From NCBI GenBank assembly GCA_964016885.1, contig OZ024741.1:91140001-91204000 (forward strand): 64,000 nt of DNA, read 5' to 3'. This document shows, one piece after another, positions 13,732 through 28,110 of this stretch. Numbering within the stretch: the first letter of the stretch is position 1; every line of letters starts with the position of its first letter. Source of the stretch: Eledone cirrhosa (Eukaryota). The notes under the pieces were generated by a model that was not told the DNA's origin, did no database searches, and saw only the letters and a program-made list of their open reading frames with translations. The translations under genes were made by a program, and so were the position numbers.

Positions 13732-14560
13732 ATGTTGACAAAACTTTAACCTATCAGTGGTTGGCATCCTCTGGACTGAAATCGGAGACTGAAGGACTGA
13801 TTATATCAGCACAAGATCAGTGTCTGCCAACAAAAAATTACCAAGTCAACATAATAAAAAATGGATGCAGCCCATTATGCCGTGTATGTAAAAAAACAAC
13901 CAGAGACCATTGACTATATAATTTCAATGTGCAGTCCTATAGCTCCAACCGAATACCTAAACAGGCATGACAGAGCTGCACAATACATACATTGGATAAT
14001 GTGTAAGCATTTTGACCTGCCCCATCAAAAGAATTAGTGGGAGCATCAACCACCTCCCATACTTGAAAAAGATCACATCTCAATCTTGTGGAACTTTAGC
14101 ATCCAAACAGACCGAAAAATAGATGCAAATAGACATGATATAATATTGAAGGACTTTAAAAAGAGGGTATGCCTGCTAATTGATATGTCCGTTCCAATAG
14201 ACAAGAATGTATCTATAAAAACATTTGCAAAAATTGAGCAAGTATAAGGACCTGGAGATAGAAATTGGAAAAATGTGGAAATTGAGAACTAAAACAATAC
14301 CAGTGGTTGTAGGTGCTCTAGGAATGATACCTAAGGAAACTCGCGTATAGGAGAAATACAAAAGATAGTACTAATGGGAACTGCCCATATACTAAGGAAG
14401 ATTCTGTCAATATAAGTACATCACAAGTCTAAAAACTAAAGATGCATGTGTGAGTATGTATGTTCTTTCTTGAACATGGCGGACCTTGTTGTCTCTTGAG
14501 GTCACTGGTTGTGACTTGGTGATAACTCGTAAGAATATAAAGCAAGATAAATGCAGCTGT
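13732..14560 (+). mobile_element. Duplicated 3' end of R4-like family A (part of the inverted duplication)
   Basis: Reverse complement of 28111-28967, with a 31-bp deletion at ~14336 bounded by AGG microhomology. Confidence 0.85.
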
Positions 14561-15847
14561 AATAATAATAATAATATATGGATCCATAACTCCTGGGGAA
14601 ATCATAGAGGTATTGTAATGACAAAAGGTATTTCTTGGGAATTTTTATAACCTGGCAGAGCCCATTTCCTCTCCAGATTTGAACACAGCCGATTTGTTCC
14701 AGAGAAGGAGAGGGAGCCTTTTGTATATTATGATTATTAGCTTTCTACTTTTGCACTGTATTTTTATTATTTCACTATTACACCTTAACACCAAACTGTT
14801 GTTATAACAATTATGTTATGTTTAGTAACAAGTAATTTATACAATCAATGGATAATAACTGATGTGACTCCTTACGTATATATATATATGTATTGAGTTA
14901 GAAACTCAAAATAGTCTCATTACAGTAAATTAGCTCTAGGAAAAAGGTTTTTCTGAGCCATGTATAACTGAACAAAAAGGAAAAACGAACACAGACATAT
15001 ATATATATATATACACAGACATATATACATATATATACATATATATATATTTAGGTCCATTACGATTTGAACACATATATATATGTCTGTGTTCGTTTTT
15101 CCTTTTTGTTCAGTTATATATATATATATTATATATGTAAAGAATGGTAACAATTCCCATTGGGCATGAGTGACCAAGTTGTCCTCCAAGGTACAAGTCC
15201 AGGCAAGGTTGTTTGTGGAAGTCCCGCAATTGCCCATGCATACCAGTCTTCGATGTTGTTCAATGGAAAGGCTAAGGCTAATACAGCTTGGCACCAGTGA
15301 CTGAGTAAACTAGAGCAATGTGAAATAAAGTGTCTTGCTCAAGAACACAACACACAGCCCGGTCCGGGAATCAAATTCACAACATCATGATTGTAAGCCG
15401 GGCGCTCTAACCACTAAGCCATGTGCTTTCACACACACACACATCATCATCATCATCGTTTAAGATAGATATTAAACGATGATGATGCTATATATATATA
15501 TATATATATACACACACATATATATATTTATACCCATATATATAAGTACTTGACTGGTTCTTTTTTTATCAACCTTGAAAGGATGAAAGGCAAAGCTGAC
15601 CTCAGTGACATTTGAACTCGGAGAGCAGAAAGCTGGATTGAATACTGTTAATCTCCCATTGAAAATGATGATAAAAAACAGAATTATGTCCATAAAACAA
15701 TACAATTCTGTATCGTACATTTACAATTTATAATAATTCATAGATTATAAATATACATAGTTGTGTTGCTTTATTGACATAATCAGTGAAAAATAAAGCA
15801 CAACAATATTTTAATCACTCTTAGTCATAGAATGGTTTACTGAATAC

Positions 15848-15970
15848 CTGAGGCCGTTTCCAAATAACAGAGTTACAAACGTCTTTTGCTTTGAAAATAG
15901 ATTCCTTTTGAGGTAAGAAATAATTGTCTAAATACAGTTCTGTTCTTTCATGGATGAATTCTCGGTCGAT
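15848..15970 (-). pseudogene. Inverted duplicate of calpain exon 2
   Basis: Reverse complement of 26720-26842 with both splice sites intact. Reads IDREFIHERTE... versus IDRKFIPERTE... (two amino-acid changes). No neighbouring calpain exons on the minus strand. Confidence 0.85.
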
Positions 15971-16023
15971 CTGCAAAATAAAAATGAATTACAAAGTACT
16001 CAAGAACTAAAAAATAACTCTAA

Positions 16024-16245
16024 CCCTTTAGGAATTAAACATTTTCTATATATACTATTGTATTTTCACAGTAAACACTTCATCCCACATAATTACCTCA
16101 CATAATATCGAATATATGAGATTTTGATATTATTTATTTTGAGAACAATACCTAAACATAAGTATGAGCAACCGGTTACAGCTGGTTTGAACAAAAAGAG
16201 GTGAGAGAATTCTGACTGGATATGGCCAGTTTAAATGTTAAAGGG
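16024..16245 (+). mobile_element. piggyBac-type MITE (same family)
   Basis: CCCTTTAG...AAAGGG|TTAA, same internal sequence as 12632-12852; mirror of 26445-26666. Confidence 0.75.
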
Positions 16246-17739
16246 TTAATTGTAATACAATTATGATATAATTATGTGTCATTCAAGATGATTGTGTGTA
16301 TGTGTGTGTTTGGGGCTGCTGACATTGAGGTTGTTGTCATTGTTAGTGATGTGTCAAGTGATGCTTGTTAAAGTGGTTGGTTATTCCAGTGCCTAGCCTC
16401 TGCAATGTTGCAAATGCCTTTGCTTCCCTAAAACATTATTAGAGGGAAACTCCAGCACCCCCAGCTGTAGAATGTAATTGAGAGTGCATGTCTTGACGTT
16501 ACTTTTTTCTGCTTGTTGTTTTCATTCTTTTTTTCTTCTTTTCTCTGATTAATTTCTAATGTAATACTAAACAAAGTGACAATATTTTTCATACTTACTG
16601 AGATCAGTAAGAAAAATACATTAAATATTTTGTATAAAACAAAATATACTTGGAACAAAGAATTAACTCTTTAATTAGTAAATACTTGGAGAAATAAATC
16701 AGACCCAGGCACTGGAGGAGAGAAAACTATTCCAATTTTCAATATCTGAGAGATTTATCTTATTTATATATATTTGGGTGTGTGTTATTATGTGTGTATA
16801 TATGTATATATATAAATATATATATATAATCATGTGTGTGTCTATGTATGTATATATATGTGTGTGTGTGTGTGTGTATACATATATATATATGTGTGTG
16901 TATACATATATACATATATATATATGTATATATGTATATATATATATAGAGAGAGAGAGAGTTGAACAATTAAAACAAAACAACAACAGGGATGCAAAAA
17001 TACAAAGTCTTATTACATTTACGCTTAGAGGAAATGCAGGAGGGTTCTATGTTTCAGACAGAAGTCCTTCATCTGGAAATGGAGAGTTTAGATAGAGGAT
17101 CCAGTTGTGTCATGGGTATGGTTGCGTGTGTCCCAATTGGATTAAATTGTTCAACATATGTATATATATATATATACATCATCTTCGCTTAACATCCATC
17201 TTCCACGGTGTGGAATGCAAAGAATGGAATAAAAAGGAAGAAAAATGAGAAGCAAGTATTAATGTTAACTTTATAATATTTATTAATTGCAATATATTTT
17301 GGATACATTATCCATTTCCAAGAGATCTGCTGGGAACATTGAAGACAACTAGAGAGGATATTTTTAAGCCCCTGTCTGGGTTGTGTAAAAATATGCACAT
17401 GCCCCAATGTGTTAATAATACTAGGGTGCATTCCATGCACTAAGATTCCAGAGTGTATTCCATATACTATGACCCAAAGATCATTGGCATAAACCATACA
17501 TCTTTCATGGCTAACAATAAATGTAAACATGTTTACATTTATTTTAAATTTAATTATGGCTACTATCTTTATTTCATAAGGGTAGAAGTTTTTTATGGGA
17601 TGGGAGTAATTATCTAGTTGTTTTGAGAGGTAAAGGTGGGTGAGAGCGCGTTTGGAAAAAAAGGTGAGGAAACCTCTTCTTTCAAATTGCTGATTTTGTG
17701 CCTAAACTAGAAATCACTATTAGTATTTACTTAAAACCA

Positions 17740-17950
17740 AGGTGCTGGCAGAATTGTTAGAATGTTGAATGATATGCCTTGCAGCATTTACTTATAGCTC
17801 TTTACATCTGAGTTCGAATCCTGTTGAGGTCAACTTTGCCTTTCATCATTCCAGGTTAAAACAAAGTACCAATCAAGTAATGGGTTCAATCTGATCAACT
17901 AAACCCTTGCCCCAAATGTTTGTCCTTGTTCTTATGTTAGGAACTATTAC
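17740..17950 (+). mobile_element. tRNA-derived SINE family 2 (representative copy)
   Basis: GCTGGCAGAATTGTTAG...GAGTTCGAATCC...GGTCAACTTTGCCTTTCATC...AAAGTACCA with (ATT)-type tail. Related copies at ~11790-12025(-), 18160-18300(-), 30540-30610(+), 43220-43580(-, two), 50850-51045(+), 57140-57285(-). Confidence 0.8.
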
Positions 17951-19740
17951 TGCTATTGATTTATCACAGGCACTGTATGTATGGATACATAACTCCTGAT
18001 GAAGTTGTAGGAGCACTGTCATAACATTCAGCATGCCTTAGGTACTTTAAACCTATCAGAGCACATCCCTTTACAGGTCTGAACACTACTGATTTCTTCT
18101 AGAGAAGGAAAGAAAGGAAGTGAGAAAGAGATATAGATGAAAAATCCACCCAAATACTGGACAAGTACTTTTTTAACGACCTGAAAAGGATGAAAGGCAA
18201 AGTTGACCTTTGTAGGATTTGAACTCAGTGTACAGAGAGCAGGAACAAATACCTTAAAACATTCTGTCCAATGTTCTAACGACTCTACCAATTCACCACT
18301 GCTAGAAACTATTATTGCTATTTATTCATCTCAAGCACTAGCATAGCTAAGTGAAGTCAATTGCTTGGTTTGTTGCCAGTCAGAGGCATCCATCAAAGGG
18401 TTTTCAATCCTACTGATTTTTTGCAGAGACAGAAGAATCAAAATATATCAACCCCAGTATTTAACTTGTATTTATGTTATCAGAAGGATGAAATGAAAAT
18501 CTTAGTCTTCTATTATAGCTCCATTTATACCTAAGATGCTTTATAGGAATATTAAATCAACTTAAGTATTTGACCAGTACTGTATCAACTCTGGAAGAAT
18601 GAAAGGTTAAGTTAAACACATTAGGATTTCAGCTGTGAATATGTTAGAGTGCCTGATGAAATGTTTTAGTGTTTAATTAAAGTCTATTACATTCTGATTT
18701 CAAACCCCATTGAGGTCAACTTTGTATTTATCCATTCCAGGTTGATAAATAAAGAATCAGTCCAAGGCATTAAATTGGTAAAATAAATGTATGTATGTAT
18801 GTGTGTGTGTGCGTGCGTGCATGTCTGTATTGTGTGTGCATATGTGTGTGTAACTACTTTGTATCTGTGTAAGTGTATGTGTGTGTGTAATTAATTTGTG
18901 TTGATTGATGTAGATCAAAGTATCATGTTGAAAATGGCATGTTATCTCCTACTATTCCCCATTTCAGAATTATTGTAGTTAATTATGCGTGAATTTCCCA
19001 ACCTCATTAACAGAGACATTTCAAATGGATTCTTTCCTGACATTTGTTTGCTCAGAACATCAACACCTATTTTTATGTTAATAATCAGATGAAATATTTT
19101 TATAACCACAAGAAAAACAGCAACAAAATGTATATTAGAATATTACAAAGCTAAAAAGCAAGTAAGAAACAAAAACAATACATTGTAGGTTAAATAACCC
19201 CTCCTTTGTTTATGGACATAATTCAAGTTTGTGTCAGACGGTTGATATATTATCTGGAATTAACATTATTTGGTGATTAAATGTGAAGTGGGTCAGATGT
19301 AGTTCAATAAAATATGATGATTTGGTGTCAGGTTCTGGATATAACTGAAGAAACTATAGCGGAACTATGTTGAATTCTAACATTCAATCAGAATATATTT
19401 GTTTGCTATCAATAGCATTTCATTTAACTTGAAGTTAATACTCGAGTATTGTGTCAGGTGAAAATAAAATAAAGCTGAACTGAACAGAAGTGAGGCTCAA
19501 TGTAATTCAACTCGAAATCCAAGATTCAGTTTCAATTCCTGAGCTTCGATTCTACTTAGAGATGATGCTATTGTCTATGGAAAATTCCTTGATGTCCTTT
19601 GTTCATCCCCATGATATCACAACATCCCATTTCTCTTCTTTAAACTTTTGACCTTTTATACAATCAGAAGAAATGAATGTTGACCAGAAAACACTCTTTA
19701 AACTTGGATATATGGATCTTCTCATGATCATATTGTGAAT

Positions 19741-20700
19741 AATATTATTACTACAGTACAACTAAATACAGGATATTATCACTACAGTATAGCTAAATAC
19801 AGGATATTATCATTACAGTGCAGAAAAATACAGGATATTATTACTCAGTACAGCAAAATACAGGGCATTATTGTGGTTAGAAAAAGCTACTTCACTTATC
19901 GCTTATCGCTGGCACCGCTAATCCAATGGCTGGTTTCTCCTCTCCCACGTGCGTACAATCCAACTTGTTAACTGGGAGCTCCAAAACTGACGTCCACCAC
20001 ATTCGCTGACCACCCTGAGAGAGGCAGACCTGCTGGCCCTTTCGGTCGATCACCCTTCCGGTCAAGCACCCTTCCGGTCAAGCACTCTTCTGTTCGAGCA
20101 CTCCCCAGCCTCCGGTCACCGCACACCACACCATACCCACAATTATCACTACAGTACAGCTAAATACAGGATATCACTACATTACAGCTACATACATCAT
20201 ATCACCACTATACTACAGTTAAATATAAGGCCTTATTACTACATTACAGCTATATATATGATATCAGCACTACAGTACAGCTATATATATGATATTACTA
20301 GATTGCAATTATATACAACTAAATACAAGATATCACTACTACAGTACAGCTATGTACTTTATCTTATCACTAGAGTACAGCTGTAGACTTGGTATTATCA
20401 CTACACTACAAACATGATATTATCACTTCTCTACAGGATATTATCACTACAATACAGTACAACTAAATAATGGATATTATCATTACAGTACAGCTAAATA
20501 TAGAATATTATCATTGCAGTACAGTTAAATATAGAATATTATCATTGCAGTACAGCTAAATATAAGATGTTACCACTATGTACAGTTAAGTAAAAGATAT
20601 CACTACAGTACAACTAAATATAGGATATTATCACTACAGTACAAGTAAATATAGGATATCATTGCAGTAATACAGATAAGTAACAGACTTTATCATATTA
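19741..20700. repeat. Degenerate ~31-bp minisatellite
   Basis: Approximate consensus GGATATTATCACTACAGTACAGCTAAATATA repeated roughly 20 times, interrupted by the solo LTR. Confidence 0.85.
19872..20141. mobile_element. Solo LTR
   Basis: 270-bp GC-richer insert with TGTGG...CCACA inverted termini and 5-bp TSD ATTAT (19867-19871 and 20142-20146), interrupting a minisatellite unit. Confidence 0.75.
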
Positions 20701-21076
20701 CTGCAATGCAAAGGATATTAACAACAAAGAATATTCATGTATTTATATCACAATTGGTGAATTAAACATTATTGGTGACAGGTTTTTAACAGGAAATTCT
20801 TTGTATTTCTCATAGTGAGCGTGAACAGGGAGTGTATGTAGAACAAATATCATGAAGGATTTCAGTAAATAGATATCACTACTAGTGAAGAAGGCTGTTG
20901 TTAAGCAGTAAATATTAGTAAGGTATCATCAATACATTATAAACCCACAAAAGATATTAACTATATTGAGATATACTTTCATAGACTCACATATGCTAGT
21001 AAATAGTTGTGGCTGATAGTGTAGCAAGCTATTGCTGAACAGTAAATATCAAACCAAATCACTAAATATAAATAAG

Positions 21077-21187
21077 ATGGGGTGTTCAGCCACAGCTATT
21101 TCTGTTAACAACCAGAACTGTCAACAATTATCTTCATCCAGACATCATTGTCATGCCAATGACCAGAGGAAATTGCATTCTAAGCAG
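21077..21187 (+). CDS. Calpain, putative first coding exon (MGC N-terminus)
   Basis: ATG in good context (aagATGG), encodes MGCSATAISVNNQNCQQLSSSRHHCHANDQRKLHSKQ, CAG|GT donor in phase 0 matching exon 2. Assignment to the calpain is inferred from position and phase. Confidence 0.6.
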
Positions 21188-21255
21188 GTATCTTTCATCT
21201 TCTTACTCTCTGATTCACTCCCTCTCTTATTTGTCCTGCTCCCACTTTGTCTACG

Positions 21256-21347
<92 letters not shown>

Positions 21348-21668
21348 CAGTTCATCTTTTCCAATGTATCATTCAGAACATACCTTGAGAAGTTTGAGAA
21401 TTTCTTGTATTAGCACCCTCACTGTTTCTGCAATTTCTATTATCAACTCTTAACACCCTATAATGATGTAACAGAAAATATTTATAAACAAGATAGTTAA
21501 TTCAAATCATCATCATCATCGTTTTCACGTCAGCTTTCCCATCTAGCAAGAGTTGGAGGGGTCCACATAGACCAAGTCAGTACAGATGGTGCTACTGATA
21601 TCCCAGACAGTCCAGGGATCTGCATCTTGCTTATATACAGTCCCAAATGTTTATGATATCTTTATTAA

Positions 21669-21905
21669 CCTCTTCAGTGTAGTAGACGAGATAACTCGTC
21701 CTAACATGTATGCATTCCAGTACCACGGACGAGATAATTCATCCTAACCTATTTGAACTCCTTTCCAACATTTCATAACTTCAAAGTTATGAACTTGTTT
21801 TGAACAGTTCATAACTTCAAAGCTAGAAGGGGTTACTAGTTTATTGATGTGACGAAAAAAAACCCAGCATAGTAACTGTGTAAAATACACGGGGCAGTCC
21901 ACAGG
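21669..21905. mobile_element. Possible second TTAA-flanked MITE
   Basis: TTAA|CCT...AGG|TTAA with subterminal palindrome GACGAGATAACTCGTC, repeated in degenerate form. TIR match is poor beyond 3 bp. Confidence 0.4.
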
Positions 21906-23331
21906 TTAATGGACAGATCACTGAATTTTTTCTGTAAAATAAACACTTTATAGAGCGTTGTTTTGTAATTTTCAAGAATGTTTTGCTTATGTGGTTTCAT
22001 GTGTTGAAAAACATTAAGAGTTTATAATGTCAGCTTTCATGTTGATGTTTTCAACATCACATTTTGATTGGCTTTTTCCATAAATGTCTTCAGAAATTTT
22101 TTTATGTTCTAAACTATGTTTTGGCTTGACATATCTCTCATCTTCTGCATTTGTATTTCATTAACTGTAATGGTATAATAAGCACGCAAGTTTATTTGTC
22201 TTGAAAAAATGTAATTTCTTAACAAATCTTCAGAAAATTTGTCACAGAGATACAGATCCACCTTAGAATGATCCATTAATGAAAATATGTCACTTCTAGG
22301 GTAAAGCAGTGAAGATTCAAGAAAAGAAATGGAGAATGACTGAAAGTTCTGATGGAGTGGGAGTAGGACACTTGAGGAGGAATGTTGTAAATTAGAACAT
22401 TGTCATATTGGGAAATCACAAAATAGGTCATTGTCACTTTTATGTTCTAAAATAGAAGATTGTCAACTCCAATCTTTCTTTAATCTCTCTCTCTCTTTCC
22501 CTCACACACAATTTTTTTTATATTCATCTCTATGTGTTTGAATGAGTGTGTATGTTTGTTATGCATGTTAGTGTGTGTATGTCTGTTTGTAAATATGTGA
22601 AAGAATGCACATATATACATTATGTATTTTTATATGGATGTAACTGTATGTGTGTATATATATATATATATTTTGTCAAAATATAACATATGACCACATT
22701 TTGCTCATCTGACATGTCTAGTCACAGAATATGACAACACATCCAATCCATGTCAGCATGTGAATTTGACATAAAATAGTGGTGGTAAGGATGATAAAAA
22801 TGTACACACATACATACATATACATATATATATATATCTATCATCATCATTTTACATCCGCTTTTCCATGTTTGCAAGGGAACTAATTTTGGCTTGATTT
22901 CTACAGCTGGATGCCCTTCCTAACACCAACCTCATTTACAGTGAGTGCTGGGTGCTTCTTTGCAGTGGAATGATATGGACCCCAGTCCACACACAGACTA
23001 TAACAATCATATAAAGAATTTGCCACCAGATCAACCAACCTAACACTCTTGTTTACCTACCTAAGTGCTTCTACTACACGTAACTCTCTGCTGCACTATA
23101 TAAACAAGACGCACGTGCTTGCCACACATATAACATTTGCACTATATAACCGCTTATTTTCATGTATTTTAACCTGTATTTTTTATTGTACCCTTTAATA
23201 TGAATGTAATCTCTAAGTGTGTACTGCCATTCTAAATGCTGTAATGAATGTTGACCCACAATATTTGCATATGTATCTGTATGTCTCTTGGGTGAAAAGG
23301 AGGTCATATAACTGTTCATTCATTAATAAAT

Positions 23332-23378
23332 TGCTCCGAAGAATCCAAACCTCGGTTTGGAGGAAACAGTTGTAAGCA
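23332..23378 (+). ncRNA. Degenerate minimal hammerhead ribozyme
   Basis: UGCU-CCGAAGA-A-UCCAAAC cucg GUUUGGA-G-GAAACAGUUGUA-AGCA. All three stems form, but U4 is C and the stem II closing pair is mismatched. Confidence 0.55.
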
Positions 23379-23447
23379 CAAAAATGTTTTGAACAGTTCT
23401 TTGATTCTTATATTTCATATATTTCATATATATTTCATTTTCATTTC

Positions 23448-23497
<50 letters not shown>

Positions 23498-23615
23498 TAC
23501 GAAGGAAGTGAGGTAAGGAACCAGGTGGACCATAACGCACCAGAGTACTCGATACTTTGGGTAGTAGAGTGGGTAATATATGTGTATATAATATATATTA
23601 TATATATATATATAT

Positions 23616-25655
<2,040 letters not shown>

Positions 25656-25811
25656 AATATATATATATATGCTAGCGTGGAAGATGGATGTTAAACGATG
25701 ATGATGACAATGATGATGATGTATATATATATACACACATATATATATATATATATATGTATACACACATACACACACATATATATACATACATACAGAC
25801 ACACACATATG

Positions 25812-25884
<73 letters not shown>

Positions 25885-26444
25885 ACATATATACACACAT
25901 AATAACACACACCCAAATATATATAAATAAGATAAATCTCTCAGATATTGAAAATTGGAATAGTTTTCTCTCCTCCAGTGCCTGGGTCTGATTTATTTCT
26001 CCAAGTATTTACTAATTAAAGAGTTAATTCTTTGTTCCAAGTATATTTTGTTTTATACAAAATATTTAATGTATTTTTCTTACTGATCTCAGTAAGTATG
26101 AAAAATATTGTCACTTTGTTTAGTATTACATTAGAAATTAATCAGAGAAAAGAAGAAAAAAAGAATGAAAACAACAAGCAGAAAAAAGTAACGTCAAGAC
26201 ATGCACTCTCAATTACATTCTACAGCTGGGGGTGCTGGAGTTTCCCTCTAATAATGTTTTAGGGAAGCAAAGGCATTTGCAACATTGCAGAGGCTAGGCA
26301 CTGGAATAACCAACCACTTTAACAAGCATCACTTGACACATCACTAACAATGACAACAACCTCAATGTCAGCAGCCCCAAACACACACATACACACAATC
26401 ATCTTGAATGACACATAATTATATCATAATTGTATTACAATTAA

Positions 26445-26666
26445 CCCTTTAACATTTAAACTGGCCATATCCAGTCAGAATTCTCTCACCTCTTTTTGTT
26501 CAAACCAGCTGTAACCGGTTGCTCATACTTATGTTTAGGTATTGTTCTCAAAATAAATAATATCAAAATCTCATATATTCGATATTATGTGAGGCAATTA
26601 TGTGGGATGAAGTGTTTACTGTGAAAATACAATAGTATATATAGAAAATGTTTAATTCCTAAAGGG
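26445..26666 (-). mobile_element. piggyBac-type MITE (same family)
   Basis: TTAA|CCCTTTAACATTTA...CTAAAGGG|TTAG. Confidence 0.75.
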
Positions 26667-26719
26667 TTAGAGTTATTTTTTAGTTCTTGAGTACTTTGTA
26701 ATTCATTTTTATTTTGCAG

Positions 26720-26842
26720 ATCGACCGAAAATTCATCCCTGAAAGAACAGAACTGTATTTAGACAATTATTTCTTACCTCAAAAGGAATCTATTTTCAAA
26801 GCAAAAGACGTTTGTAACTCTGTTATTTGGAAACGGCCTCAG
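26720..26842 (+). CDS. Calpain exon 2 (start of CysPc)
   Basis: ttttgcAG...GT boundaries. IDRKFIPERTELYLDNYFLPQKESIFKAKDVCNSVIWKRPQ matches the calpain LFxDxxFP...SI...WKRP motif. Confidence 0.85.
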
Positions 26843-27190
26843 GTATTCAGTAAACCATTCTATGACTAAGCGTGATTAAAATATTGTTGTGCTTTATTTT
26901 TCACTGATTATGTCAATAAAGCAACACAACTATGTATATTTATAATCTATGAATTATTATAAATTGTAAATGTACGATACAGAATTGTATTGTTTTATGG
27001 ACATAATTATGTTTTTTATCATCATTTTCAATGGGAGATTAACAGTATTCAATCCAGCTTTCTGCTCTCCGAGTTCAAATGTCACTGAGGTCAGCTTTGC
27101 CTTTCATCCTTTCAAGGTTGATAAAAAAGAACCAGTCAAGTACTTATATATATATACATATATAAATATGGGTATAAATATATATATATC

Positions 27191-27226
<36 letters not shown>

Positions 27227-27292
27227 GCATCATCATCGTTTAATATCTATCTTAAACGATGATGATGATGATGATGTTGTGTGTGTGTGTGA

Positions 27293-27580
27293 AAGCACAT
27301 GGCTTAGTGGTTAGAGCGCCTGGCTTACAATCATGATGTTGTGAATTTGATTCCCGGACCGGGCTGTGTGTTGTGTTCTTGAGCAAGACACTTTATTTCA
27401 CATTGCTCTAGTTTACTCAGTCACTGGTGCCAAGCTGTATTAGCCTTAGCCTTTCCATTGAACAACATCGAAGACTGGTATGCATGGGCAATTGCGGGAC
27501 TTCCACAAACAACCTTGCCTGGACTTGTACCTTGGAGGACAACTTGGTCACTCATGCCCAATGGGAATTGTTACCATTCT
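27293..27580 (+). mobile_element. tRNA-derived SINE family 1 (representative copy)
   Basis: A box TGGCTTAGTGG, B-box-like GAATTTGATTCCC, core TGTTGTGTTCTTGAGCAAGACACTTTATTTCACATTGCTC. Related copies at ~1960-2110(-), 3590-3880(-), 6580-6820(-), 7817-8110(+), 15140-15430(-), 55130-55400(-). Confidence 0.8.
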
Positions 27581-28110
27581 TTACATATATAATATATATA
27601 TATATAACTGAACAAAAAGGAAAAACGAACACAGACATATATATATGTGTTCAAATCGTAATGGACCTAAATATATATATATGTATATATGTCTGTGTAT
27701 ATATATATATATATGTCTGTGTTCGTTTTTCCTTTTTGTTCAGTTATACACCGCTCAGAAAAACCTTTTTCCTAGAGCTAATTTACTGTAATGAGACTAT
27801 TTTGAGTTTCTAACTCAATACATATATATATAAATTACTTGTTACTAAACACAACATAATTGTTATAACAACAGTTTGGTGTTAAGGTGTAATAGTGAAA
27901 TAATAAAAATACAGTGCAAAAGTAGAAAGCTAATAATCATAATATACAAAAGGCTCCCTCTCCTTCTCTGGAACAAATCGGCTGTGTTCAAATCTGGAGA
28001 GGAAATGGGCTCTGCCAGGTTATAAAAATTCCCAAGAAATACCTTTTGTCATTACAATACCTCTATGATTTCCCCAGGAGTTATGGATCCATATATTATT
28101 ATTATTATTA

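Larger units (their letters stand above)
13732..16905 (-). repeat. Left arm of ~3.2-kb inverted segmental duplication
   Basis: Near-identical reverse complement of ~25722-28967; ORFs 16428..16658(-) and 26032..26262(+) are identical. The inner boundary lies in TA/CA microsatellite and is approximate. Confidence 0.9.

Noticed and set aside
16428-16658. Identical 76-aa ORFs at 16428(-) and 26032(+) as a duplicated small gene
   Set aside because: They start at TTG, are low complexity, have no recognisable motif, and their identity is explained by the inverted duplication of intronic DNA.
19741-20700. 31-bp repeat array as CRISPR or coding repeat (ORF 19735..19971)
   Set aside because: Degenerate head-to-tail units without spacers, and frames are interrupted by stops.
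27293-27365. tRNA genes at A/B-box-containing sequences
   Set aside because: No complete cloverleaf, and each continues into a shared SINE body.
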